Numbered from the stretch's first letter, positions 42,021 to 53,368 are shown. The stretch is DNA of 64,000 nucleotides from Nitrosopumilus sp. (GCA_965223425.1 OZ245003.1:1248001-1312000); one strand, 5' to 3'. Translations and numbers: made by a program. The notes: generated by a model from the letters alone, not told the origin.

Positions 42021-43322
42021 CAGTAGTTGGGATTGTACATTTTGGATAGCCCAAACTGATCATTTTGAGAACAAAACACGATCAACCAGATCCAAATACA
42101 AGGCATGCTCACCCACCTTAACATGTACGAAAAAGATGGGCAAACACACCAACAGAATCAAGACATCAGGGGATTTAAAATCTTCCAGTCCGCACTGCAA
42201 CACCTGAACCTTGCCTTTGGCACAAGACACAACACGCTGTACTGCCTCAGGGATGCAGCGCACATGCTTCTGGTCATGGCCAGCTCCAACGGATACGCCA
42301 ACGGCGCGCGAGATCTCGGCTCTCCCGGCATCCGCATGCCGTCGGGCAGCTGGCTGCTCAAAAAGCTGCGCATCATAAAGCAGGACAAGATGAACCGCTT
42401 CTGCGACCAGATGATGCATGATACGGTCAACACGGCATGCCGCAGCATGAGGCGACGCATCAGCAACGAAACGGCAGTGGCTGCAATAGACAAGCACAAG
42501 ATTCCGCACCATGACAAAAACCCCGACCTCAAACACCTCATACAGTCAAAATACGAGTCAGGAACGTACAGGTTTGAGTCATACATGACATCCAAGATAG
42601 TGCAGGGCGGCAAGGAGGCCAACCTGTGCTTCAGTCCGGTCACCCGGGGTACATCCAACGGCGAATTCGTGCGTAAAACCATCAAAAAGTGCTCCAAGCT
42701 GCACCTTGGAATCAATCTTTACCTTCTTGACAGGGAGTTTTACGCAACAGACGTGATGCGGACTGTCAGATCGCTTCACAGGCATTTTATCATGCCGGCA
42801 AAAAAGAATGCCGGCATCAAGCGCGCCATTGTACAGCACGCCCAAGGAAAGCGCGGTGATGTCTCTAGGTACACCATAAAATCAGGCTCCGAAAAGTTCA
42901 CGTTCAACCTGGTTCTGATCAGGGATGACGCCGGGAAAAAAGACGGCACCATGTTTGACAGGTATCGCGCATTTGCAACGTCGCTGCCATGCGAGAATGA
43001 AAGGGACGTTGTCAAGTACATCCCAGAGCAGTACAAAAAACGTTGGGGAATTGAAACGGGGTACAGGTCTGCAAAGAGCGTACGCGCGCGCACTGCCAGC
43101 AGGAACCCCTCCGTACGGATGCTTTTGTTTGTCTTGTCACTGGTGATAAACAACATCTGGATAGGCCTGCGTCGCACGGTGGGCAGACAAAGATATCATG
43201 TGACACTTGCCGGTGTTTTAAACAGGATGATCCGCGTGTTTGCAGAATATGTGTATGCCAGGTGGCCACCGCCTACCGGGTGATTTGTGGGCTGTTTTGG
43301 AACGGTACAATCCCAACTACTG
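42021..43322 (+). mobile_element. ISH3-family (IS4-like) element
   Basis: Perfect 18-bp TIR cagtagttgggattgtac; 6-bp TSD attttg (42015-42020, 43323-43328). Confidence 0.95.
42105..43283 (+). CDS. ISH3-family transposase (intact)
   Basis: AAIDKH, LLDREFY, YKKRWGIETGYR. Confidence 0.93.
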   Translation: MLTHLNMYEKDGQTHQQNQDIRGFKIFQSALQHLNLAFGTRHNTLYCLRDAAHMLLVMASSNGYANGARDLGSPGIRMPSGSWLLKKLRIIKQDKMNRFCDQMMHDTVNTACRSMRRRISNETAVAAIDKHKIPHHDKNPDLKHLIQSKYESGTYRFESYMTSKIVQGGKEANLCFSPVTRGTSNGEFVRKTIKKCSKLHLGINLYLLDREFYATDVMRTVRSLHRHFIMPAKKNAGIKRAIVQHAQGKRGDVSRYTIKSGSEKFTFNLVLIRDDAGKKDGTMFDRYRAFATSLPCENERDVVKYIPEQYKKRWGIETGYRSAKSVRARTASRNPSVRMLLFVLSLVINNIWIGLRRTVGRQRYHVTLAGVLNRMIRVFAEYVYARWPPPTG

Positions 43323-44867
43323 ATTTTGGCAATTTTGGCGGCAGCAAAAATTGGTGCTGTTCAAACTGTGATTTTTTCTGGTTACAGTGCCGAATCCCTT
43401 CATATTCGGCTACAGGACTGCCAGGCCAAAATTTTATTTGTTACAGATGGGTTTCATCGAAAAGGAAAAGGGATATCTCATAAAAAAACTGTAGAGACCG
43501 CAATTGAAGATACCAAAATTGAAAAAACCGTTGTAGTTACATACAAGGGATTGGACAATTATGAGAAATCCAATAGTGTTGTATATTACAATGAATTAGT
43601 TTCAGCTCAACATGATCAGTGTGAAACTGAAATCATGGATTCCGAAGATCCCCTTTTTATTTTGTATACCTCGGGCACTATGGGTAAACCAAAGGGTGCA
43701 ATCCACACTCAGGGCGGTTTTTCTGTTTTTGCAGGCCATCAGGCTGCATATTTGATAGACATGCATGAAAATGACGTATTATTCTGGCCTGCTGATATTG
43801 GCTGGATTACTGGATTAGTATGGAATGTTTATGGTCTTTTGATAACGGGCGCCCGTGGAATAATTTATGACGGCGCAATTGACTTTCCAAATTTTGAGCG
43901 AATATGGCAGATATTGTCTGATTATCACGCAACTATTTTTGGGATTTCACCAACTGCAGTCAGATTGTTTAAAAAAAACAATGCTGAACCGTTGAAAAAA
44001 TATTCTTTGGACAGAATCAAAAACATTCCTACTACTGGCGAGCCCTTAGATGCTGATTCATGGTGGTGGCTGTTTGAAAAAGTTGGCAAGAAGAAAATTC
44101 CCATAATGAACTTATCAGGTGGCACTGAAATTGGAGGTGCAATGTTGTCTGTATTTCCTGGAATGAAACTAAAACCTTCCACCGTTGGAATTCCAGTACC
44201 TGGAATGAACCTAGACGTGATAGATGATGATGGAAATTCTGTAAAAAACAAAAACGGTTATCTGGTAATAAAATCCCCTTGGCCTGCCATGACCCGGGGA
44301 TTGCTAAATGACGACTCTCGCTATCTGGAAACATATTGGTCAAAATTTGACAATGTGTGGTTTCATGGCGATTATGTCTACGTTGATGAGGATGGCCTTT
44401 GGTATATGCAAGGACGGACAGATGACGTGATTAATGTCTCAGGTCATCGAATGAGCACTGCCGAACTAGAACACGCCGTCATCTCACACAAGAAAATATC
44501 TGATGCAGCATCAGTTGCTGTTCCTGATGATGTCACTGGCGAGGCCATAGTGATATTTTTTGTAACTGGTGATAAATCTGAAACTGATTTGGAATCTGAA
44601 ATATCTGATTATGTCTCTGAAAAAATTGGCAAAGTTGCAAGGCCTAAATTTGTTTTCCAAGTGCCTGATTTGCCAAAAACAAGAACAGGAAAAATCATCC
44701 GTCGATTATTAAGATCGAAATTGTTAGGTCAAAATCTAGGCGACCTATCCTCTCTTGAAAACCCTCAAATTTTAGACGAAGTCCCAAGATTAGGTTAACA
44801 ATAGCTAACTTGTTGATATTTACTATTTCACGCCTTGCTCTAAATTTTGTTATGATGATAGGCATCA

Positions 44868-46229
44868 TTGAGATTTGTAATTGACCAACAAGTAGAAGAC
44901 ATAGAGATGCCTGAGAATCTAAAGTTAAACACGTTTTTGCAGGAATTCCATTCTGACTGCCCCCATCCTGAATGTAGATTTGGGTTCTATGGATTTGCGT
45001 TTGGCCAGTCACCATTTCCAGTGCCTAGGCTAGTTCAAGAGGCCTTGATCAAAAATGCAGATAAAGGGGCATATGCTGCTGTACCTGGAATTCCAGAGCT
45101 GCGTCACGCTATCTCAAAATACAATAGACATTATTTTGGAATGGATGTTGCACCAGAGCGAATCTATGTTGGCCCGGGAACAAAAGAATTGATTTTCAAT
45201 CTTTTAGAGGTTTTACACGGTACTGTGATCCTGCCCACTCCTGCATGGCTGGGATATCTTCCACAAATTAGGTTCTTGGAAAAAAATTTTCATATGCTGC
45301 CAACTGGTGCAGGTAAAAAAATATCCCCTGATGATTTGAGGAAATTGGCATTACGGCTACACGACAGGCAAAAGATTCTGATTTTAAACAATCCACACAA
45401 TCCAACCGGACTGTTGTACAACCAGCTAGAATTAGAGGAAATTGCAGACGTTTGCAGAGAACAAAATATTGTCATAATCTCTGATGAGATTTATGCTCAA
45501 ACAACATATGATTTTTCAAAGTTTGCAAGCATGGGAAAAATTTATCCTGAGGGAGCGTTTGTTACAAACGGTCTGTCTAAATCACATGCCGCAGGTGGTT
45601 ACAGGTTAGGTTATGTAATTTTTCCACAACATGCTGTAGATCTTAAGGGACAATTCAAAAAAATTCTTGCAACTGAATACACTGCAGTATCTACCCCAAT
45701 TCAGCATGCCGCAGTTGCAGGGTTTGAAATTAGCAGGGAGATGGATGAGTATTTTGCCGTAACACGAGACATTCATCAAATGATGGGCGAATATACTTAC
45801 CATGCATTATCTGCAATTGAAGGAGTAAAAACAACAAAGCCTGATGCCACTTTTTATCTCTTAGCGGACTTTAATGCGCTTGCAACCGATTTACAAAAAG
45901 CCAAAATAAACACATCTCAAAAATTATCTGAATCTTTGATTGTCCACCCATACCATACGGCAATCGTGGATGGCAGCAGTCTTGTTTTGGAAAGAACTGA
46001 TTTTAGTGCAAGAATCGCATATGTTGATTATGACGGTGCCCAAGTTTATCAAAAATATCTTGATGAGAAGCCAGAATCACGTTTAGAACGAGTGGAATTT
46101 GTAAAAAACAATGCCCCAAAGGTTGTTGCAGGTATTGAAATGATTGGCAGGTTCTTTGAGAGTCTCCGAAAAAAAGACACTTTTAATAATTTACAAACTC
46201 AAAAGGGTTTGCTAGTCACTCCAAACTAA
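44868..46229 (+). CDS. PLP-dependent class I/II aminotransferase
   Basis: NNPHNPTG, ISDEIY, GLSKSHAAGGYRLGY. Confidence 0.93.
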   Translation: MRFVIDQQVEDIEMPENLKLNTFLQEFHSDCPHPECRFGFYGFAFGQSPFPVPRLVQEALIKNADKGAYAAVPGIPELRHAISKYNRHYFGMDVAPERIYVGPGTKELIFNLLEVLHGTVILPTPAWLGYLPQIRFLEKNFHMLPTGAGKKISPDDLRKLALRLHDRQKILILNNPHNPTGLLYNQLELEEIADVCREQNIVIISDEIYAQTTYDFSKFASMGKIYPEGAFVTNGLSKSHAAGGYRLGYVIFPQHAVDLKGQFKKILATEYTAVSTPIQHAAVAGFEISREMDEYFAVTRDIHQMMGEYTYHALSAIEGVKTTKPDATFYLLADFNALATDLQKAKINTSQKLSESLIVHPYHTAIVDGSSLVLERTDFSARIAYVDYDGAQVYQKYLDEKPESRLERVEFVKNNAPKVVAGIEMIGRFFESLRKKDTFNNLQTQKGLLVTPN

Positions 46230-46724
46230 TTTAATTTTAATTTAATCCTCTCATGCTCTTCCAAAGTTGTTTCCCCCCTACCCAAAATGGATGGAGAAAG
46301 ATGCCGATGACTAGCGGACCTACTTTCCGTATATTACGCCATGTCTTGATTACTGAACACTCTTTTATATATTAATTTGAGATTCATTGGAGCAAAGACA
46401 TGTGGTCACCACGTATTTTTTTAAACTTGGATGATATGATTTTAGATGATCCTGTATTTGTTAAATGATCAGAAAAGCCTCCAATATGAAATCACCAAAA
46501 TGTCAAGATCCAGTTGGCTTGGTACATTTTAAAAAACAGTTCGCATAACTGCAAAAAAATCCAAATTGTTTGCGATGCATCAAAGATGACATTTGCAAAA
46601 AAACCACTAGCAAACAAAGTCTGATGACGTTTTGTTGTAAGGCATATTTGAAATAATTAAAACCAGACGCATCTTTAATCCGGACATGTCAGTAAAGGGA
46701 AACAAAACAAGATTGATACCCTAA

Positions 46725-47948
46725 TCATTTCTTTTTTCTAATTTGCTGTACTACCATTGGTAAAAATGCACCCACATCAGATACAATTCCTAGTGCTTGC
46801 CATGTTCCTCTGTCCATAAGTTTTGTAACCGTTGGCTGATTAATGTCTACAGCAATCACTTTCACATTTGCTGGAAGCATATTTCCTGTTGCAATGGAAT
46901 GGAGCATAGTTGAAATCATGATGACCATATTTGCATCTTTTAGTACTTTCTTGTATTCACGTTGCGCTTGAACAACATCGGTAATTACGTCTGGCAATGG
47001 TCCGTCATCTCGAATTGAACCTGCCAACACAAATGGTATCTCGTTTTTTACACATTCGTACATTATTCCTTTTGTCAATTTCTTAGTTTTTACCATGTTG
47101 GCAATAGATCCTGCCTTGAATACTGCATTGACTGTATCCATGTGGTTTCGATGTCCATGATATGCCAATGTGGCATCATGAACATTCATTCCTAGTGAGG
47201 TACCGAGTGTGGCATATTCTATATCGTGAACTGCAAGCGCATTACCTGCCAACACCCCATGAACATAACCCAACTTGATTAGCTCAGATACAGCATCATC
47301 TGCTCCTGTGTGTACTATTGCTGGACCTCCAACAATTACAATTTTTCCACCATTCTTTTTTGTGTTATAGATGTCTTCTGCTACTTTTTTGGCAATATGC
47401 TGGGTTGGTCTTTCACTTGAGCTTGAACTTCCCATGAATTCAAACACATTGACCCCTTCTCGTGGACGCTCAGGTGGAATAATCTTGACTCCTTTTTCTC
47501 CCACTACTATTTGGTCTCCTCTTTTCACATCCCTTACAGGCACACAGAATGCTTTACTTCCCTTTACAACTATACATTTGTCCATCATCATATTTTCCAC
47601 CTGAACCCACTTTCCTCTGTGAAAAACTTGTGTGTGGTTGTTTGTTGTACTGTAAAAATTATCAGGCATTACAAAGTTTTTTATGGATTTTTTTAATACA
47701 ACCTCTTTTTGGATTTTAGATACTGCCCCTTCTCGATAAATTGTTTCAAGAATCTCATCCAGATGTTTTTGGTTTTTTCCATTAACAAGCAATCTTGCGT
47801 AGGATTGATCTTTTTTTCTTCTGCCAATGTTGATTTCTTGTACCTGAAATTCTCCTTTTAGATCCATTATTTTATCAAAGATCTTAGTCAAAATCAAAGA
47901 ATCAATTATGTGGCCACTAACTTCGATCTCTTGAGAATATTTGATCAT
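46725..47948 (-). CDS. TIGR00300 / LOR-SDH family protein (ornithine cyclodeaminase-like)
   Basis: GHIIDS, PDNFYSTTN, GNALAVHDIE, LAGSIRDDGPLPD, LHSIATGNMLP. Confidence 0.9.
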   Translation of the reverse strand: MIKYSQEIEVSGHIIDSLILTKIFDKIMDLKGEFQVQEINIGRRKKDQSYARLLVNGKNQKHLDEILETIYREGAVSKIQKEVVLKKSIKNFVMPDNFYSTTNNHTQVFHRGKWVQVENMMMDKCIVVKGSKAFCVPVRDVKRGDQIVVGEKGVKIIPPERPREGVNVFEFMGSSSSSERPTQHIAKKVAEDIYNTKKNGGKIVIVGGPAIVHTGADDAVSELIKLGYVHGVLAGNALAVHDIEYATLGTSLGMNVHDATLAYHGHRNHMDTVNAVFKAGSIANMVKTKKLTKGIMYECVKNEIPFVLAGSIRDDGPLPDVITDVVQAQREYKKVLKDANMVIMISTMLHSIATGNMLPANVKVIAVDINQPTVTKLMDRGTWQALGIVSDVGAFLPMVVQQIRKKK

Positions 47949-48005
47949 TTTATTACCTCTACGTTCTGATAACTAAATCTTTACGTTTTGTTTTCAGGCT
48001 AAAAT

Positions 48006-48353
48006 CTAGACTGGGAGTATAACCTTGCCTTCAAATTTTGCAATGTTGTCAGCCTCAAATGCTTTCTCCAAGTTTTCCTTTTGCTGCTTTGTCACTCCCT
48101 GAACTATCGTTTTTGAAGAGCCGGTTTTGTCAACCAATGCAAGAATATACCCACTGTTGTCTGTCAATACAAAACCGGCCGATTCATCTACAAATGCATA
48201 AAGATTTTCTTCTCCCACAGGCTCCCATATCTCTGATTTATTGTCAGTCAAGGCTAATGCGGGCATTGCCTTACCATCAGTCAATTTATTGAGATACTCC
48301 CTTGCCTCAGCAACTCTTTTTTGGCCTAATTTTAAAGCCTGAAAATACTGCAT
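48006..48353 (-). CDS. hypothetical protein
   Basis: 115-aa ORF. Confidence 0.7.
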   Translation of the reverse strand: MQYFQALKLGQKRVAEAREYLNKLTDGKAMPALALTDNKSEIWEPVGEENLYAFVDESAGFVLTDNSGYILALVDKTGSSKTIVQGVTKQQKENLEKAFEADNIAKFEGKVILPV

Positions 48354-48430
48354 GTTTCACAAATAATGAGTTTATTATAAAAAGAATATCTCTTCAAAAG
48401 ACTGTTATAGAATCCGCGATTTTTTTAATT

Positions 48431-48730
48431 ATGCCTCTGACAAACAACATGATAATCAAGCTAAATGAGATAACTACTATGGTTGAGGATAAAGCAAGGA
48501 TATCCGAATCAGAAATAAATGAAATAAAGTCTATTTTTAAGGCTCTGGTTGAGAATGGAGAAAGATACGATGTGGATGAAATTGAATTTTGGTTTGAAAA
48601 TGAAGGCAGCTGGGTTACTAGAGAACCAAGAATCAGAATTGCCAATCTTTCTAATTACATTCAAGATAAATATCAACAAACAGCTCATCTGAGAATTCTT
48701 TCTGGCGATGACTGTGGTTGTGATGACTAG
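48431..48730 (+). CDS. hypothetical protein
   Basis: Start trimmed to MPLTNNM to avoid overlap with the divergent gene. Confidence 0.65.
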   Translation: MPLTNNMIIKLNEITTMVEDKARISESEINEIKSIFKALVENGERYDVDEIEFWFENEGSWVTREPRIRIANLSNYIQDKYQQTAHLRILSGDDCGCDD

Positions 48731-48948
48731 GCTTTAAGCTGTTCTAACAGCCTTCCAACAATTTTTGCATTTTCTGTCCTTTCGTTAATAATTTCTTCAA
48801 GACGAGTTTCATTTCTATCTTTTGAAACTATCTGAAAATACTCTTCATCCAAGTCGTTATTTGCTTGTAATCTCTTAATTACTTCAAATAAGATTCCTAT
48901 TACTTGTTTTTGTGCATCTATTAATTCGTCTTTGCTTCTCTCAGACAT
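48727..48948 (-). CDS. hypothetical protein
   Basis: 73-aa helical ORF downstream of the HD gene. Confidence 0.65.
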   Translation of the reverse strand: MSERSKDELIDAQKQVIGILFEVIKRLQANNDLDEEYFQIVSKDRNETRLEEIINERTENAKIVGRLLEQLKA

Positions 48949-48954
48949 CCTTGT

Positions 48955-49485
48955 TTATTCCTCAATAATCTTTTCAAGCAGCTCTTTTAGTCTCGGATCA
49001 CTAATTTCTGTTTTTGCAGATGTAAAAAAAGATTCTAATTTCTCTTTTGAGTACCCGTCGTTTTGATATATTTTGGCCTGAAGTGCCATCTCTAGTTTGT
49101 CGATTTGACGAACAATTTTTGATTCTAAAGAAGTGTTTTCTTGATATTCTTGCCAAATTTGTAAATATTGCAACTTTATTAAATTTGGTAGATTTTTAAC
49201 AATCTCATCAAATGCCTCATTTTCCAATTTTATTTTTTCATTCTTGCCTAGTTGTTCTGGTGTATAATCCCCAATTTTTGATTCAGCTAAATCGTGTAAT
49301 AACGCCATTTTAAGAATTTTTTCAGAATCGCAACCTTCTAAGTCTGATATGACCATGCTAATTACTGCCATTGAATAGGAATGGTCTGCAACTGATTCAG
49401 GATTATTTAATGATAGTTTATCCATCCATCCTTGCCTTGGTATTTTTTTTAGGTTTGCTGCAGTTTTGAGAAAATCTAAATCCAT
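48955..49485 (-). CDS. HD-domain phosphohydrolase (YfbR/HDDC2-like)
   Basis: LKKIPRQGW, ESVADHS, ALLHDLAE, DKLEM. Confidence 0.92.
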   Translation of the reverse strand: MDLDFLKTAANLKKIPRQGWMDKLSLNNPESVADHSYSMAVISMVISDLEGCDSEKILKMALLHDLAESKIGDYTPEQLGKNEKIKLENEAFDEIVKNLPNLIKLQYLQIWQEYQENTSLESKIVRQIDKLEMALQAKIYQNDGYSKEKLESFFTSAKTEISDPRLKELLEKIIEE

Positions 49486-49576
49486 ATTATTGTTATTTTT
49501 ATGATGTTTTCTATTAATGAATTTTCATGTTATGTGTTTGCAAACAACATATAGTTGACTTTATCATAATAGCCTG

Positions 49577-50113
49577 ATGAGGATTTACACTAAGACAGGT
49601 GATGACGGAAACACCGGTTTGCAAGGAAATTTCAGAATAGCAAAATCCCATCCAAGAATTATATCATATGGCACTGTAGATGAGGCAAATGCTGCATTAG
49701 GCGTGGCACTTGTAAACACATTGGATGAGGACGTGACAACTGTTTTGCGCGATATTCAAAATGAGCTGTTTCTGGTTGGAGCCGACCTCTCAAACCCAGA
49801 TCTAAATGATACAAAAAATAGAGTTACTTTGGATATGGTTACAAAACTGGAGAAATACATTGACAAATTTGAATCTGAACTTCCGCCCTTGAAAAATTTC
49901 ATTTTACCTGGCGGAGATATTGCTGCATCCCAAATACACCATGTTAGAACCATTGTTCGTAGAGCCGAAACTCAAGTCGTTCAGTTGAGTGAAAACGACG
50001 AAATCAACTCAAACTGCATAAAATACCTCAATAGGCTATCTGATTTGTTTTTTGTAATTGGTCGTTTGATCAATAAGCGAAAAGGCACAGATGATGTTCT
50101 ATGGAAGATCTAA
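49577..50113 (+). CDS. ATP:cob(I)alamin adenosyltransferase, PduO type
   Basis: IYTKTGDDG, GTVDEAN, FILPGG, RTIVRRAE, YLNRLSDLFF. Confidence 0.95.
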   Translation: MRIYTKTGDDGNTGLQGNFRIAKSHPRIISYGTVDEANAALGVALVNTLDEDVTTVLRDIQNELFLVGADLSNPDLNDTKNRVTLDMVTKLEKYIDKFESELPPLKNFILPGGDIAASQIHHVRTIVRRAETQVVQLSENDEINSNCIKYLNRLSDLFFVIGRLINKRKGTDDVLWKI

Positions 50114-50150
50114 AGTTTGAACTTATCTTGTTTCAAAAATTAGAATAAAA

Positions 50151-50630
50151 ATCAACGGTGAGCAGAATTATTTGTTTGCAAGTATGGATGATGATGCAGG
50201 ATACTGGCTGGCTAGTGATAGTGCAGACAACAGGTTCCAGCACAATGCAGACAATCTGCCATCCATGACAAAACTACGGGCTGGAAAGAATCCAAGAAAT
50301 TTCACCACTGACGGTTTTTTTTATCTTACATGAAATCCTCCAAGAAGGTTTTTGGAAAAAAAATCAATCATGTCAGACACATTCATCTCAAAGGTTATGT
50401 GAATAACAACAAAATGGAGAGGCTGAGCGGTAAAATTCTAGATCGTGAAAAGGTTTTCAATGGATTAAAGAAGATGGATGCGGCAATACTTGATGGATGA
50501 AAGTTTATTACAATTTCATTAAAAAACACGGTTCATTAAAGGGCAGACCCCTGCAGAGGCCTCGCTTGTTGAGGTAGATGGGGTTAACAAGTGGAAAGCT
50601 ATCACCCAAAACGCTTTACTTAACAAAGAT
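50151..50630 (+). pseudogene. IS6-like DDE transposase remnant (C-terminal half, several frameshifts)
   Basis: NYLFASMDDD, TDG, RHIHLKG, NNNKMERL, YYNFIKKH, TPAEA fragments across frames. Confidence 0.7.
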
Positions 50631-50802
50631 TTATCTTGGAACTTTTATGGGTTTTTTTTAAATTAACATCAAAGTCTGTTCTTCCTTACTGCCTTCCTAT
50701 CAATCCTCAATTAGGATAAACAAGTCTCTCATCGGGTGATATACGTCATCATCCGTCTACGACGAAAGGAGGAAACTTTCAATTTTGAGGGCATAGTCTA
50801 GA

Positions 50803-50911
50803 GTGGACAAGGCGTTCAGATTCGCAGCTGTAAGATCGTGTGAATTTCTGACATCAATGCAAATAGAGGAAAACAGGTGGACAAGGCGTTCAGATTCGCA
50901 GCTGTAAGATC
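50803..50911. repeat. Repeat-spacer-repeat unit (35-bp perfect repeats, 39-bp spacer); CRISPR-like, orphan
   Basis: gtggacaaggcgttcagattcgcagctgtaagatc at 50803-50837 and 50877-50911. Confidence 0.85.
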
Positions 50912-51027
50912 AGGGTTTAAATTCTTCTCTCACCATTCCATAGAAGATCCATATTCTAGGTCACCAAGACACACCAGAACCATGTAAGACAAGCTTTAAT
51001 TCCTCAATCAAATCCATTTTTCTAAGT

Positions 51028-51101
51028 GCCGTGGTAGCTCAGCCTGGGAGAGCACTCGGCTGAAGACCGGGCTGTCGCGCGTTCAAATCCCGCCCGCGGC
51101 A
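51028..51101 (+). tRNA. tRNA-Phe(GAA)
   Basis: Cloverleaf GCCGTGG/CCGCGGC, D arm GCTC/GAGC, anticodon CTCGG-CTGAAGA-CCGGG, T loop TTCAAAT. Confidence 0.95.
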
Positions 51102-51420
51102 CTTGTTTTATTTCTTGTAATCACAAAAATTGGATTGCCTGTTCAAACGAACAGGTAATTTCTTTTCCATATTATGAATCAAAAGCCTTCTGCTAAATCA
51201 TTTTGACCAGAACGCTTTTTGATCTGCACATCCAACTTTGAACCAGTAACCACAGCGACGGATAAGGCCTTGCAGTACATGCCAGAAACGTACAGAAGTT
51301 TATCGCACGCATCCCTGACATACTCGTCATACGTCTGTCCTCGGCCACGCCGAGACTTGGTGCCATAGAACAATACGGGCATTAGAAAAAGCAAGACATG
51401 CTGGTATCAAGTGTTACGTA

Positions 51421-52546
51421 GTGAATTGGATTAACAATCGCTCACAAAACAGACAACATTATTCAACCACAAGATCTAGATCCCAGTGTATGGCAGAATC
51501 CGCATGAAATACAACGATTCTGCAATACCGGCAGACAAAAGATTCCTGTCCGGCGTCTCCAGTGTGCGCCTGCGCAGCATGCAAAAAAAGGAGACAGATC
51601 CCAGGGCCGCAGCAAGGCTGCTGGCATATGCCATGCGCAAGGAGGGCATGTCCATACGCCGGATATGCATGGCCCTCAACAGGTCATATTCCACAGTACG
51701 GGGCTGGCTTGTGCGCGCCGCACAGCTTGGCACCTACGGCAGGTACGACATCAAAAACAAAGGCGCGCCAAACAAGCTCGATCCGGAACAGACAAAGCAG
51801 CTGCGCGCAGACCTGCTGGCAGGCCCGCGCAGTTGCGGGTTCGAGTCCGGAGTGTGGACGGCACCGCTGCTGGCCGTACACATCAGAAAAAAGTTCGGCG
51901 TGCAGTATGCCACTGTCAGCATATATGACATACTGCACAGGATGGGCTTTTCGTGCAGAAAGCCGCGTCCAAAGCACCCAAGTCAGCCTCAGAATCAGAG
52001 AAAAAAGAGTTTAAAAAAAAGCAGGGGAGATAATCCGGAGCCATCCAGACCATACGGTGATTACAGTTGATGAGGCCTCCTTTATCATTGGGTGGAATAC
52101 CAAGAACGGGTGGTACCTCAAGGGCAAGCCCGTCACCACTCCAGTCAGCCTGTCGCGCAAAAGGTTCTACTCGTTTGGGGCGCTGTACGACGGCGGCTTT
52201 GACTGCAGGTTCTATGCCAAGGCCAACAGCTACAGCTTTGTGGACATGCTCGGACACCTGCATCTCAAGCACGGCAAGATCATCGTCTTTCTTGATAACG
52301 CATCATACCACAAGTCAAAGATGGTCAATGATTTTGTCGACTCGTATGACGGCGACATAGTCCTTGTTTACTTGCCCGTGTACACCCCGGAGCTGAATAC
52401 CACGGAGGGGCAGTGGAGGCTGTTAAGAAGGGCCACTGCAAACGTGATGTATGAAAGCACAAAGGTGATGAAGGAATCCATATGGACAATGCTGGATAGA
52501 CGTGAGGTCAAGATAACAAGAATGAGCGGTTATTTATCCTAGTCAC
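51421..52546 (+). mobile_element. IS630-family element with a two-ORF transposase (51486..52542)
   Basis: Imperfect TIR gtgaattggatta / ttatcctagtcac flanked by TA; HTH ORF plus DDE ORF (VDEAS, LDNASYH, YTPELNTTE); slippery tttaaaaaaaag at about 52010 and an apparent extra 1-bp loss near 51980. Confidence 0.88.
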
Positions 52547-52725
52547 TACGGCACCTTCGAGTACGTGCGCCGTACGCTTTCTGAATGCCTAAGAACAGCA
52601 AACCGAACTTGATGTGATAAGGTAATATGTCAGCAGAAAGCTTGTCGTTACAGCAGACTTGATTCACACTATATGAGGGCATTTTGAGTAATTCCTAGTG
52701 TTTACTTTAGGTGTTCAGAAATTCA

Positions 52726-53364
52726 CTAATTCACAATAATTTTTCGCATAGGAACAGAGCCAAAATCATTTAGTTTTCTATCCTTTCCCTTATGTTTGAC
52801 TTTACGGTAATTAATTTTCTTGTCATCAAACAACCAGTTTTGAACTGCAACATATGCATTTTCTTCAAACAGTATGCAATCTTCCTTGGCATATTTTGAC
52901 ATTCTAGTACATAGATTCACTGGAATGCCATAAACATCGTCTTCAGTGTTTGTTCTAATCTTCCAAAGTGTTCCAGATGCAATAGTAACCTTTGTTCGTA
53001 TTCCATCCCCGTGTTTTTTCAGATTTCTTATTACTTTGATTGCACATTCACATGCAAGTCCTGATCCTTTGAATGTGACCAATATTGCATCTCCAAGTTC
53101 TTTGATAGCAATTCCATTGTTTCTTTCTACAATATTACGGCAGATTTTGTTATGCAATAGCATTTTAGTTATTGCCGCAATAGGATCACACCTCATCAAT
53201 TTTGTTGATCCTTTTAAATCAAAATGAGCTACGCTGAAAGTCTTTCTTTGTTTCTTAGAAAATTTCTTCTTGGTTTTAAGATTAGCAACAAATTTTTTTG
53301 CCTTAACAATTTCATCTTTGCAAGTACAACTACTAGAACAAGTACATTTCTTTTTGGATTGCAT
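52726..53364 (-). CDS. Class III adenylate/guanylate cyclase domain protein with a Cys-rich basic N-terminus
   Basis: HFDLKGST, IKELGDAILVTF, DVYGIPVNLCTRM; N-terminal CTCSSSCTC. Confidence 0.88.
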   Translation of the reverse strand: MQSKKKCTCSSSCTCKDEIVKAKKFVANLKTKKKFSKKQRKTFSVAHFDLKGSTKLMRCDPIAAITKMLLHNKICRNIVERNNGIAIKELGDAILVTFKGSGLACECAIKVIRNLKKHGDGIRTKVTIASGTLWKIRTNTEDDVYGIPVNLCTRMSKYAKEDCILFEENAYVAVQNWLFDDKKINYRKVKHKGKDRKLNDFGSVPMRKIIVN

Positions 53365-53368
53365 TTCT

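Larger units (their letters stand above)
41565..44798 (+). pseudogene. AMP-forming acetyl/acyl-CoA synthetase disrupted by an ISH3 element
   Basis: Removing 42021..43322 and one TSD restores ...EESILAILAAAKIGA...; YTSGTMGKPKG, GGTEIGG, GRTDD, LPKTRTGKI motifs. Confidence 0.93.

Noticed and set aside
50803-50911. Calling this a bona fide CRISPR array
   Set aside because: Only two clear repeats, no recognisable repeat family and no cas genes in the window; kept as a CRISPR-like repeat.
52715-52726. 12-nt match (tcagaaattcac) to the reverse complement of the 50838-50876 spacer
   Set aside because: Too short and AT-rich; plausible by chance.
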